A stretch of 61,567 nucleotides of DNA, counting the filler, from Collodictyon triciliatum (Eukaryota), in assembly GCA_043381765.1 (NCBI GenBank). It is 4 parts of 4 records of this genome, joined end to end, with 100 filler letters (N's around TTAATTAATTAA, not from the genome) between each part and the next. Parts side by side here need not be neighbours in the genome. Positions count along the whole stretch, not along the records: positions 15,430 to 30,755 come from JBHJMP010001687.1; positions 30,856 to 46,173 come from JBHJMP010001688.1; positions 46,274 to 61,567 come from JBHJMP010001689.1; 1 more part is not named here. One strand, written 5' to 3'. Under the pieces are notes generated by a model. It was not told the origin of the DNA, did not search any database, and was given only the letters and a program-made list of their open reading frames with translations. The translations under genes were made by a program, and so were the position numbers. Positions 29,158 through 53,766 of this stretch are shown here, piece by piece; positions within the stretch are counted from its first letter, which is position 1, and the number at the start of each line of letters is the position of its first letter.

Positions 29158-30348
29158 ATGGATGACGAAATGAAAATATTGGACAAGTATTACAATGCAC
29201 CCAAGCATACCAATTCAGTTGCCGGACTCTGGGCGCTCGTAAAAGAATTTGGAATTAAAAAAAAGACTGTCGAGGAATTTCTCAAACAACAACCCGACTA
29301 CCAAACTCTGCAAGCAAGAAAGTCAGAACGCAAACAAGCAACCATGATGCGATTCAAACCAGGGTACATCCAGATAGACACGATTGATGTCGACGGCCTG
29401 GAATCAGAAGACGCAAAATATATTCTGACTTGTGTCGATGTATTCACGCGAAAGCTGTGGGCCTATCCACTGCTGGCAAATTCCAGCAAAGAAGTTTCAA
29501 AGCAATTAGAAAAGTTTATCAAGGAATATAAACTAATCACAACCATCCAATCAGACAATGGTAAAGAGTTTCAGGGTGAGGTCCCCAAACTTTTAGAAAC
29601 TAATAATATCAAGAGTGTGAAAAGTTCTCCAGGCAATCCAACAACCAACGCCTTTGTCGAAAGAGCCAATGGCACAATCAAGCGCGCACTCTACGGCTAT
29701 CTGCAAAAGACTGGCAACGACCCAATCCCCCATCTCAGAGAATTCACAGACTCTATTAATCTTGTCAAGAATGCAACAACAAATGTTGTGCCTGATGTTG
29801 CGGTTCTGCCAAAGTACCAGGAGCAAATTATCGAGAACCAAAAAAAATATGCAGGCAAAAAAAATCAGAATGCCCGCCAGGACAAACCATTCCAACCTGG
29901 AGACAAAGTCAGAATACTTCTCGAGAAGACTGACCTGCCTGTGAATGTAAAACAAAAACTGAAAACTTCAAAGGGGTACTTGCCCCGTTGGAGTAATGAA
30001 ATATATACAGTCATCAAAGAAAGCAAACCAACCAGCGAGTGGGTTGTGCCCTATGTCAAAGTTGAATCAACCAATGCCAAGATCGCCAAAACTAATTTCA
30101 AGCGCTCTGACTTGCTTCTGATTGACGACACAACCACCAAAGGCAAAACACACAAACCCAAAAAACAACTCATCAAAGAATTTGCAGAGGAAGACGACTT
30201 GAATGAATTTTTAGAAACAGCGGAACCTCGTAAAATGAAAGGGGCCTCTGGTTTAGAGGAGAAAGATTTATTCAGGTTCAATGAGACAACGAAAGCAGCT
30301 CAAGCTGCGTCTCGCGCAGAACGTGCGGCCAGAAGAAATAAATCTTAG
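29158..30348 (+). CDS. Retroviral-type (rve) DDE integrase of the Polinton/virophage style, intronless, 396 aa
   Basis: Catalytic QIDTID, IQSDNGKEF and FVERANGTIK (D-x34-E), plus YILTCVDVFTRKLWAYPL. The N-terminus LDKYY..P..V.EFL.QQ..YQ lacks an HHCC finger. The C-terminus has FQPGDKVRI..KGYLPRWSNEIYTV. Confidence 0.93.
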   Translation: MDDEMKILDKYYNAPKHTNSVAGLWALVKEFGIKKKTVEEFLKQQPDYQTLQARKSERKQATMMRFKPGYIQIDTIDVDGLESEDAKYILTCVDVFTRKLWAYPLLANSSKEVSKQLEKFIKEYKLITTIQSDNGKEFQGEVPKLLETNNIKSVKSSPGNPTTNAFVERANGTIKRALYGYLQKTGNDPIPHLREFTDSINLVKNATTNVVPDVAVLPKYQEQIIENQKKYAGKKNQNARQDKPFQPGDKVRILLEKTDLPVNVKQKLKTSKGYLPRWSNEIYTVIKESKPTSEWVVPYVKVESTNAKIAKTNFKRSDLLLIDDTTTKGKTHKPKKQLIKEFAEEDDLNEFLETAEPRKMKGASGLEEKDLFRFNETTKAAQAASRAERAARRNKS

Positions 30349-30755
30349 GCCGTCTTCTTTGGTCTGCCTCTTTTTTTTTTGGCCGGAGCCTCATCCTCGG
30401 GTTCACTTGGGTACTCAGCTTCCGCCACGGCCGCCTTGACGGCATCTTTGTTGACGCTTATCTTCTCAGCCTCCTTGATTTCGTCCTTGAGTATATTGGC
30501 CTTGCGCTTGCGTACCTCGGTCTTTGTCTCATTGGCTTTCTCGATTCCTTTTTTCAAAATCTCTTTCGAGTCTTTCTTCGACTTGCAAAAGAAATAAACA
30601 TCTGATTCACTGACAGACCACTTGGATTTAAAACTGCGCAGCCCAATTACATTTTCCTTTGTGCCGCGAATTTCTTTTTTCTCTTCGTCTGGGGTAAATG
30701 TAACATATCCCCCTTTCACCAGCTGCGCCTTTGTTTCAGAGTCACGCGATTGATA
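30345..30755 (-). CDS. Lys/Glu-rich intronless ORF with a C-terminal AT-hook; 5' end lost in gap
   Basis: Open from near the gap edge to TAA at 30345-30347 and ends PAKKKRGRPKKTA. Its stop overlaps the integrase stop. Confidence 0.7.
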   Translation of the reverse strand, partial: YQSRDSETKAQLVKGGYVTFTPDEEKKEIRGTKENVIGLRSFKSKWSVSESDVYFFCKSKKDSKEILKKGIEKANETKTEVRKRKANILKDEIKEAEKISVNKDAVKAAVAEAEYPSEPEDEAPAKKKRGRPKKTA

Positions 30756-30855
30756 NNNNNNNNNNNNNNNNNNNNNNNNNNNNNNNNNNNNNNNNNNNNT
30801 TAATTAATTAANNNNNNNNNNNNNNNNNNNNNNNNNNNNNNNNNNNNNNNNNNNN
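30756..30855. other. Artificial gap spacer N44-TTAATTAATTAA-N44
   Basis: Same spacer as at 15330. It presumably hides the rest of the element and the 3' ends of two convergent genes. Confidence 0.95.
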
Positions 30856-30955
30856 AGAAAAGAAAAGAAAAGAAAAGAAAAGAAAAGAAAAGAAAAGAAA
30901 AGAAAAGAAAAGAAAAGAAAAGAAAAGAAAAGAAAAGAAAAGAAAAGAAAAGAAA
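30856..30955. repeat. (AGAAA)n microsatellite abutting a gap
   Basis: Perfect pentamer run. Confidence 0.96.
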
Positions 30956-30986
30956 TAGATTGAGTACCACATGGAGAGAAGATTAC

Positions 30987-45614
<14,628 letters not shown>

Positions 45615-45625
45615 TGTATCCTTGC

Positions 45626-46173
45626 TATTCTTTCTATTCTATTTCTATTATATTTCTATTTCTATTCTATTTCTATTCTATTTCTATTCTTTCTATTCCT
45701 CCTACTCTATTTCATTCTATTCTTTCTATTCCTTCTATTCCTTCTATTCCTTCTATTCTTTCTACTCTTTCTATTCTTTCTATTCTTTCTATTCTTTCTA
45801 TTCTTTCTACTCTTTCTACTCTTTCTATTCTTTCTATTCTTTCTACTCTTTCTATTCTTTCTATTCTTTCTATTCTTTCTACTCTTTCTACTCTTTCTAC
45901 TCTTTCTACTCTTTCTACTCTTTCTACTCTTTCTACTCTTTCTACTCTTTCTACTCTTTCTATTCTTTCTATTCTTTCTATTCTTTCTATTCTTTCTATT
46001 CTTTCTATTCTTTCTATTCTTTCTATTCTTTCTATTCTTTCTATTCTTTCTATTCTTTCTATTCTTTCTATTCTTTCTATTCTTTCTACTCTTTCTATTC
46101 TTTCTATTCTTTCTATTCTTTCTATTCTTTCTACTCTTTCTACTCTTTCTATTCTTTCTATTCTTTCTACTCT
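45626..46173. repeat. (TTCTATTCT/TTCTACTCT)n 9-bp tandem array abutting a gap
   Basis: More than 500 bp of 9-mer variants; source of the FYS and SIL repeat ORFs. Confidence 0.96.
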
Positions 46174-46273
46174 NNNNNNNNNNNNNNNNNNNNNNNNNNN
46201 NNNNNNNNNNNNNNNNNTTAATTAATTAANNNNNNNNNNNNNNNNNNNNNNNNNNNNNNNNNNNNNNNNNNNN
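46174..46273. other. Artificial gap spacer N44-TTAATTAATTAA-N44
   Basis: Third copy of the spacer. The missing CLPTM1 3' half implies the real gap is far larger than 100 bp. Confidence 0.95.
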
Positions 46274-46508
46274 TGTGAAATGTGAAATGTGAAATGTGAA
46301 ATGTGAAATGTGAAATGTGAAATGTGAAATGTGAAATGTGAAATGTGAAATGTGAAATGTGAAATGTGAAATGTGAAATATGAAATATGAAATGTGAAAT
46401 GTGAAATGTGAGATGTGAAACGTGAAACGTGAAACGTGAAACGTGAAACGTGAAACGTGAAACGTGAAACGTGAAACGTGAAACGTGAAACGTGAAACGT
46501 GAAACGTG
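46274..46508. repeat. (TGTGAAA)n / (CGTGAAA)n 7-bp array
   Basis: Two homogenised blocks of a 7-mer in a CLPTM1 intron. Confidence 0.96.
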
Positions 46509-46533
46509 ATATGTGGAAGTAATTAGTCAATAC

Positions 46534-48380
46534 CTTCATGAATGAGAGAGGACTGTAGGTCATGTGTAGTTGGAGCTTTGGTGTAGTGTCGTTGATCGGC
46601 TTTAGATACTCTTTCAGAATCCAAAAATCATTGAAAAATACGGTTGGGTAATAGTTCCCGTTCTTATCAAACTCCATCACTATGAAAGGACAGATTTTGA
46701 TGAGTACCTCCCTGCTGTTGGAATCATGATAGTATTCTTAAAGAGTCGATATTTGTGCTGTATTTAGAGCTTTTTCCTCTTATTTTCCTACTTTTCCTTT
46801 ATTTTAATACTCTTTTTTCAAGAGAAAATTATGAGCAGGATTGAATTATTGTTACTTTCAGTTATTTGAGGTGGGAGACTTCCTCGTTTGTGAGTCGAAA
46901 AATCGTCGATTATCGTGATGGTGAGATTTTCGTTCCAAAAGGAAATGTATTCGATTTTTTCCTCAAAAACAGGTAAATTCTATTGAATTACATACATTTT
47001 TACTACACTTATTAAATTAAAATACCAAGGGTCATGTGAGAGGTAATTTCAATTTTGTAATTCGTTGTCTATTTTCTATCTTGATGTATTGATTTAGGTT
47101 ATGAACATAGAGAGAACATACTTCGATTTTATTGTCAGATAAGAGATTTCGGGTCGTATCCACTTTGGGCTTTTTCATATATCGGTTTAGCTCTGATGTG
47201 ATGAAAAAATAATCATTAACAAATTCGCGATGAAAAGTGATAGTCGTTCCCTGGGTTACTGGTTTAAATGTTTAATGGGATGTATGAATGGAACCAAATC
47301 AAATATATACGTTTGCGTTTGTAGAAAGTTTGTGTTGGGTCATAGAATTCAGACAATGGATCCGGAGAATAGCCTTTTGTGGTGAAAAATACATGTGCAA
47401 ATATGCTTCCGTTGGTCATTAGTTTCTGCGCAGTTGTTTCGATCAAAGGGAGGGAAAAGGAACAGTGAAAGCATTAGATCATCATATTGCAATGACGTAA
47501 AATAGTATTTCTCATGACTTTGGAAGTATAATAAAAAAATTTTGATTTTATGGTATTAAATTCATATCGAGTTCATTATTTCGAGTTGATTTGATACGAA
47601 TAAATAAACGATTTTACTGGAGAGGCATCGAACTCAATCGACTTTGAGCGGTAGTTTGTGTCTGCAAAATTCAGAAAAATCCCTTCCTCTTCCCATACGA
47701 GCCCATCACGACTCCCAAACTCATCAAACTTGTTCTTTTCTGTAATGTATACTAGCATGTCCTATGAATTAGTAAATTTCTCTTTTAATTTTCAAACATG
47801 GTATTATGATTAGGTATCACACAGACACAAGACTTTCAAGTGATAAGAAATCCACCAAAGGTACTCAACCCCATTATGAAAATGTGTCACAGTTGCAGCG
47901 CATGTAAATGCGATACAACACAGTACTATATATTTTTATTGAATTCGGATTTAGGATTTAACCAGCTCAGTATCGCGCTTCATCAAGCACTCATGCGCGG
48001 CCAGCTTGTTCCCCTTGGAGTCGTACTGATTTCTGTGTTGCAGAAGATCCATTCAGGAAACATAATTAGAGTCAGGAATAGACTTCAGTGCCATAAAGAC
48101 GGTATGAATTACATATCGAGCTGAAAAAGTGAAAGTTTGGGGCAATAGATATATAAATGCAGATATAACTTAATAAATAAAACAAACCAAGGAAATATGG
48201 TGATAAAAAAAAAAAGCGAACTAGCAGTAGAACAAACCCGCCCGATCGGAAAAAAGTGTTGTATATGATCCAAAAGAGCATCAGTCGCTGAATAAGCCCG
48301 AAGATAGATCCCTGCTCGGGTTGTTGTTGTTGTTGTCCCTGCGGTCCGGCCGCAGCTGCGATCGGTGGCGTTCCACTCAT
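46534..48380 (-). CDS. CLPTM1: CLPTM1 family membrane protein, 5' exons (3' half lost in gap)
   Basis: IQRLMLFWIIYNTF / LVYITE..LVWEEEGI / NGSIFAHVFFTTKGYSPDP / LNRYMKKPK..RNLLS / ISFWNENLTI / YYPTVFFNDFWILKEYLKPINDT..YSPLSFMK, the typical CLPTM1 motif series. Confidence 0.9.
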
Positions 48381-48999
48381 TGCCTGCAAGAAAGACTTCC
48401 TTGTGACTCGCGCATTTGTGAGAATATGATCACTCTTGCCAGTTGTGCGTTGTTTGTTTGCGTGTTGCTGGATTGTTTGTTCGTTTGTTTTTGGTGACTG
48501 CGCCTAACAATCTGCTTGGCTTTGCTGGAATCTTGAGAGTCGGGATCTTTGGTACAAGGCGGATCGTGACCACACAGACGAAGATCACACAATCAAGAAT
48601 TGTGTTTATATTATGCAGATAATATATTGTCTTGAATATTTACTTTTGATAGAACTTTGTCCATAGATCACGATCGATTATGACTTATACTTTATTTTCC
48701 ATAATTGTTGATATCCGCTGCATTAGGGCAAAGCAGCGAGTGGCGCGCCATGTTCTGTACCGCGCAGCTTTGTATTCGCTGGGGGTGCTTCCGAAGAATT
48801 TTTATTCTCGCTTTTGCATTTCATGGCAATTTCGATTTTTTTTGTATTTATTTGATTTATAAGAAAAGAGCGATAAGGAGAGAAAGAGGGTGGTATGAGG
48901 CGAGTAGAGAGATGTGACTGAAAGAGCTTATTTGTATCCGATATAAAATGGCCTTGGATGTCATGAAACAAGACGCCCACATGGCATCGATGCGAGGGC

Positions 49000-50240
49000 C
49001 TGTGAATGCACACTCTGTTTATGCAGGAATACGAAAGATTGCCAGAGTCACTTTTTCGTTTCGTTTCACGAGGATGTTCCTACATAAATGATGTAAAGTT
49101 CCAAAGTGCGATATTGCGGTACTCTTGTGGCCATCCAGACACACCCTTTCATTTTCATTCCATCACGTATGTTTGTAGATAACATATGTATTGTTATGTA
49201 ATTCATCTGAAATGGAGGGTGGGTGTTGTGGGTTTTGTGTTTGTATTATGAGGTCTCCATACTTATTCTCCTATTAATTGATTTTTCTTACATGTTATCT
49301 GACTCTACCATGATGGATGCAGGACTGTTTGGGTTGAGATCAAACGCTCTTTTGGCGAGGCTTGACACATACGCTGGGGCGTTCGGTGGAGATGAGCCGC
49401 GCTCTTCATTTGAATAGAAAGTAAGCTTTAGACATCAGAGAATGAAAAAGTATAAATAATTTTCTCTTGCTCTTTCACCGTTAGTAGCTCTATCTTTTCT
49501 TTCTTTATTTTTTTTTTGGCTCCTTTCTTTTTCTGAAGACTTTGGGTGAAAGAGTACCAAGGGAGGAAACGGCGCTGCTTTTAGCGGTTGCACTTACTTA
49601 TCAAACAAAGGCCATACGAGTCGCAGCAAATGACGCCAACGACGCTAGGTTGCGACATTCTGTGTAATGTAATATATATATATATTCATTTTCAAACGCT
49701 CGGGGAGAATATTTATAGAATTCAGAAAAGAGAGAAAAAGAGAAAAACAGGCCGATCGCACAGAAAGAATGGAACGTGTGTGGAAGACGATCTTTGCAAA
49801 ACTTTGTTCCTTCGTGTTCAGAACGCCACCCCAATTCGTCCTTGGTCGCCAAAGAGCACCAAAGAGATCTTATCACGAAAGGCTCTGCCTCAAGGCAAGA
49901 GGTATGGAAAGGGAAACAAGAAGGATGATGAAAAGGCTAGGATCACAGGGCGAGCGGTGCCAAAGAAGCGTGCACTTACATGTCGTCGACAACAGCCTCC
50001 AGATTCTTTTCCATCCCAACCTATGGTAAAGGCAAGAGAGACTATTAGTTGATGCATAGGGAAGTGGCCACGGCGGGTAGCCCTCTGATCCAGCCGCGTT
50101 TCGGATCAAGCCTTTGGCATGTAAGCAGATGGGCAGTTTTTGATCCTCAGTTGCGCTTATTGCATAATACCCCACCAGATCAACATCCTCTGGGACAGTT
50201 CTGGATATATGTGATAACATTATATAAATTTAACTAGAAA
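49000..50240 (+). CDS. Possible small multi-exon hypothetical gene
   Basis: Several plus-strand donors (gtatgt, gtaagc, gtaaag) and acceptors flank GC-richer open segments (TLGERVPREETALL.., KEACTYMSSTTASRFFSIPTY). The overall frame was not resolved. Confidence 0.25.
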
Positions 50241-50720
50241 GTAGATAAATATGATAGATAAGTAGGAATATAATGATGTTAAACGATAAATTCCAGAATT
50301 ATATATTAGATGACGCAACGCGATGACCACTTTGTTCATCATCATGACGTCACCACACCGAGCTTTTGGGAAACCATTCAAACCCACCATATCTAATAAA
50401 AAAAAAAACCGTTTCGCAAACAAACCTAATCACAGACACACATGTATAATGATGAACCTTTTGAGCAAGTGCGTCGTTTCGTGCGTCACACAAGTGCGAA
50501 TGGACAGACACAAACACCTATTTGACGGCAAAGGCGATGAGAGAGAGAGAGAGAGAAAGAGAAACAGAGTGGCAGATAGAGCAATAGAGAAACAGAGCAG
50601 TAGAGCCGCACACGAAGCAGTATACATCCCTGCCAATCAGAGCAAGCCCAGCCGCTAGCAAACACGCAGCCCTCTCAAACTCCAGAGCACAGACCGCATC
50701 ACAGGCAACAAAGCAGCAGC

Positions 50721-53031
50721 ATGGAGGGCGACGCGTTCAAACACCCGGCCAAGTACGACACAAACCTTGTGACTCTGACTCGCCACACGATCGCCAATCA
50801 GCGCCAACACGGCCACGCCCAGGGCCACCTGACTCTGCTGCTTGCGTCCATCCAGCTCGGCTGCAAGTTTGTCTGCAGCTCCGTCATGAAGGCCGGAATC
50901 GCCCGCCTGTAAGTCGCCCTGTGCTCTCTCTCGACTCAATGCCCCAAGACCCCATTATCCCATTGCCTCATACATGCCTCCTTTTCCAGTCCTCCTCTCC
51001 TGTTGCAGGGGCTGGGCTTTGCTTCACTGCCGCTGTGTTGAGGATGCTGTTTGGCGTTGCTCATTTCTTTTGTGTTTTGTAGGACTGGGCTGGACGGTTC
51101 CGTCAATGTCCAAGTGAGTCTCTGTTTGCAGCGGCGTTTATTCTCTTTCAAGCATATGAACGAATGAAAATTGTAATGGACCAGAAAACAGGTCTGAGGA
51201 GACATAATTCAAGGTACTGACACAAACGATCCTAGGGCGAGGATGTCAAGAAGCTGGATGTTCTGGCCAACGAAGTGTTCATCAACTCTCTCCGTTCGTC
51301 GGGACAAGTGAGGCTTCTTACTTGCTTTGGTCCACTTTTTCATTTCTTAGTCCCTTTCGAATTCTTTTGATCTTATTCGACATTTTCTCAGGCAGATAGA
51401 TTTTTTTTTAAAAGATAATGAGAAATATAATACTTCATCTGGTGCTCACAACGAAGTCCTTATACGAAAAAACCAATATTACTCTAGGTATCCGTCCTTG
51501 TCTCTGAGGAGAACGAAAAATTCATACTCGTGGATGAACATCAACGTGGACCGTATGCTGTTGTCTTTGACCCTCTGGACGGCTCTTCTAATATTGATGC
51601 TGGCGTCAGTATAGGAACAATATTTGGGATTTATCGTGTGGTACGCTTACCACTTTTCTGAATATATACTCTGTACATCACATATAATTTGCGATATATA
51701 GCTTGAGGTATGAGTCTCTTTATTTTTTTCCGAACGAAAGAGGTGAATTGGATTACTATTTTTTTTTTTTACGCAAATTATATCGAAATTGGTCTGATAA
51801 TATGACTCACAACCTGTTTAGCCTGAAGGAGCTACAATCGACCACAATATTGTCCTCCGCCCAGGCGCAGAGATGGTTGCTGCTGGGTATGCGATGTACG
51901 GAAGCTCGTGCGTTCTTGTTCTTTCTACCGGGAGCGGAGTCAACGGATTCACTTTGGACCCGGTTTGTTGGCTATACATGTACTTGATACATTATCCATC
52001 TTCTTGACTGCGTTAGTTTGGTTTCCTGAAATATTATATAGTGAACACGTTTCTCTACAAAAAAAAAAAATACCTACACAAACTGATTTATTCACATGTA
52101 CTTACATACTTTATTCTACAATCTATTGTGACACTCAGTCCATTGGAGAGTTTATTTTGACCCACAGCGACGTAAGAGCCTACTATGATTATTTTATTCG
52201 AACACCTTTTTATTCCCGATTTCGTCACTAATACTGGAATAGTCCTAAATATGTGGTCTTTTAGTAACCAGATATCCTTCTCCTTTAATTAGATTCGAAT
52301 CCCTCACAAAAGCTCCATCTACTCTGTCAACGAGGGAAATTCGATCTACTGGGACGAGCCAACTCGCAAATATGTGGAGTCAGTCAAAAACGTAATAGAT
52401 GCATAAATTGATATATGAAACAATATATTTATTAATTCAAATTGAAGGGAATATCACTATCAAACATCACACCTTTCACGCTCTAGCCAAAGACTGGGAA
52501 GCCATATTCTGCTCGCTATATTGGAAGCATGGTTGCAGACGTCCATCGCACTCTCCTATACGGTGGAGTGTTTATGTATCCTGGTGATTCAAAGAGCCCA
52601 AGTGGAAAGCTTCGTATTTTATATGAATGCTTCCCGATGGCATATCTCATTGAGCAGGTATGTCGAGACAACAATACGGAAATTCTGCATTCCTTTTCTT
52701 TACATAGCCAAAAAAGCGTTCCTACTCCCAACCACCAACCACGAGCTGTTTAATATGTACTATCGTCATAACCAATACACTAATGAATGGCATGATTTGC
52801 ATCTGTGCGCATTATTAATGTTTTAACGCTGTTTGCTCTCCTTATTTACATCTTACCTATAAATAGGCTGGAGGGAAAGCAACAAACGGGCGTCAGCGTA
52901 TCTTGGATATCGTACCAAAGAAGTTACACGAAAGATGTCCAATATTCTTGGGCAGCAAAGATGACATAGAAATCATCGAGAACCTCTACAAAGAGTTTGA
53001 TGCCTCAGAGAAAGCGTCGGCATCCTCTTAA
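50721..53031 (+). CDS. FBP1: Fructose-1,6-bisphosphatase class I, multi-exon
   Basis: [99 protein letters not shown]; ends TAA at 53029-53031. Confidence 0.97.
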
Positions 53032-53766
53032 ATCCCGTAACAGCCGACTACCACAGCACATGTTTTCATACCGTCTCTCCGTTATTCAGTAACAAACAAG
53101 ACTGCTACGCCACCCTGTGTAATTGCACTTGGCCAATGCTTCCGACCATTCCCCATCTATCCCCATACATTCGTCGTCGATCTGAAGAAAAACAGAACAA
53201 AATAAAATAAAATCAATCTTGGAACCACCCATTGCATCCCAAATACAAAGTGTTCCACTGAATTCACTGAGCCGCTCGCTTAGAGTGTTTGTCCTTCTGT
53301 GGCGACAAAAGAGAGAGAAAAAACGGAGGGATGAGACGGACTTTCCTGCATTCCGTGAATGCGAGCAAAGGTCGTGATGCGATATGGCTATTTGGTCGGT
53401 CAAAGAAATGTGCATCGTTCGGCGAACGACGAAGAAAAGTCTTCACCCAACAAATAAGACTTATCCTACATTGTTGCTCTTATTATACGCAAGTAGAAAA
53501 ATCTTCCTATACTAGAAGCATTTAATGGCGACATAATAAGATGCAGAATCAGGGCAATGTTATTATATTCTCCAGTATCTTACTGACCGCAATTTGCCAA
53601 TCAGACACATTACTTGTGCCCATATGCAATCTGTAACGTGCTGCATCAGTGAAGTAAACTTGCTTACTTGACTTATAGGGCCATAGAGAATACCTCATAA
53701 CAAGACGAAAAAAAAAAAGGAGAAAAAGAGAAGGAATAAAAAAGAGGAGGAAAAACTGCAGCCAGG

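Larger units (their letters stand above)
28994..30755. mobile_element. One end of a Polinton/Maverick-, PLV- or virophage-like integrated element (truncated by gap; left boundary approximate)
   Basis: Two intronless, tightly packed convergent ORFs, including an rve integrase, plus a palindrome. They lie after an unresolved homoserine kinase splice donor in an otherwise intron-dense region. Confidence 0.75.

Noticed and set aside
29158-30348. LTR retrotransposon or bacterial IS interpretation of the integrase
   Set aside because: It is a stand-alone ORF with its own ATG, no RT/RNaseH/gag and no HHCC finger. Its flanking motifs fit Polinton-type integrases better than IS3/IS481 transposases.
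49320-49420. Possible CxxU selenoprotein motif (DCLG-TGA) in the unresolved plus-strand gene
   Set aside because: It needs a second TGA read-through upstream, has no thioredoxin-like context, and I could not identify a SECIS element. An alternative acceptor would avoid the TGA.
53086-53700. Possible short minus-strand spliced ORF between FBP1 and MSH5
   Set aside because: Only short ORFs with ambiguous phases and no homology.
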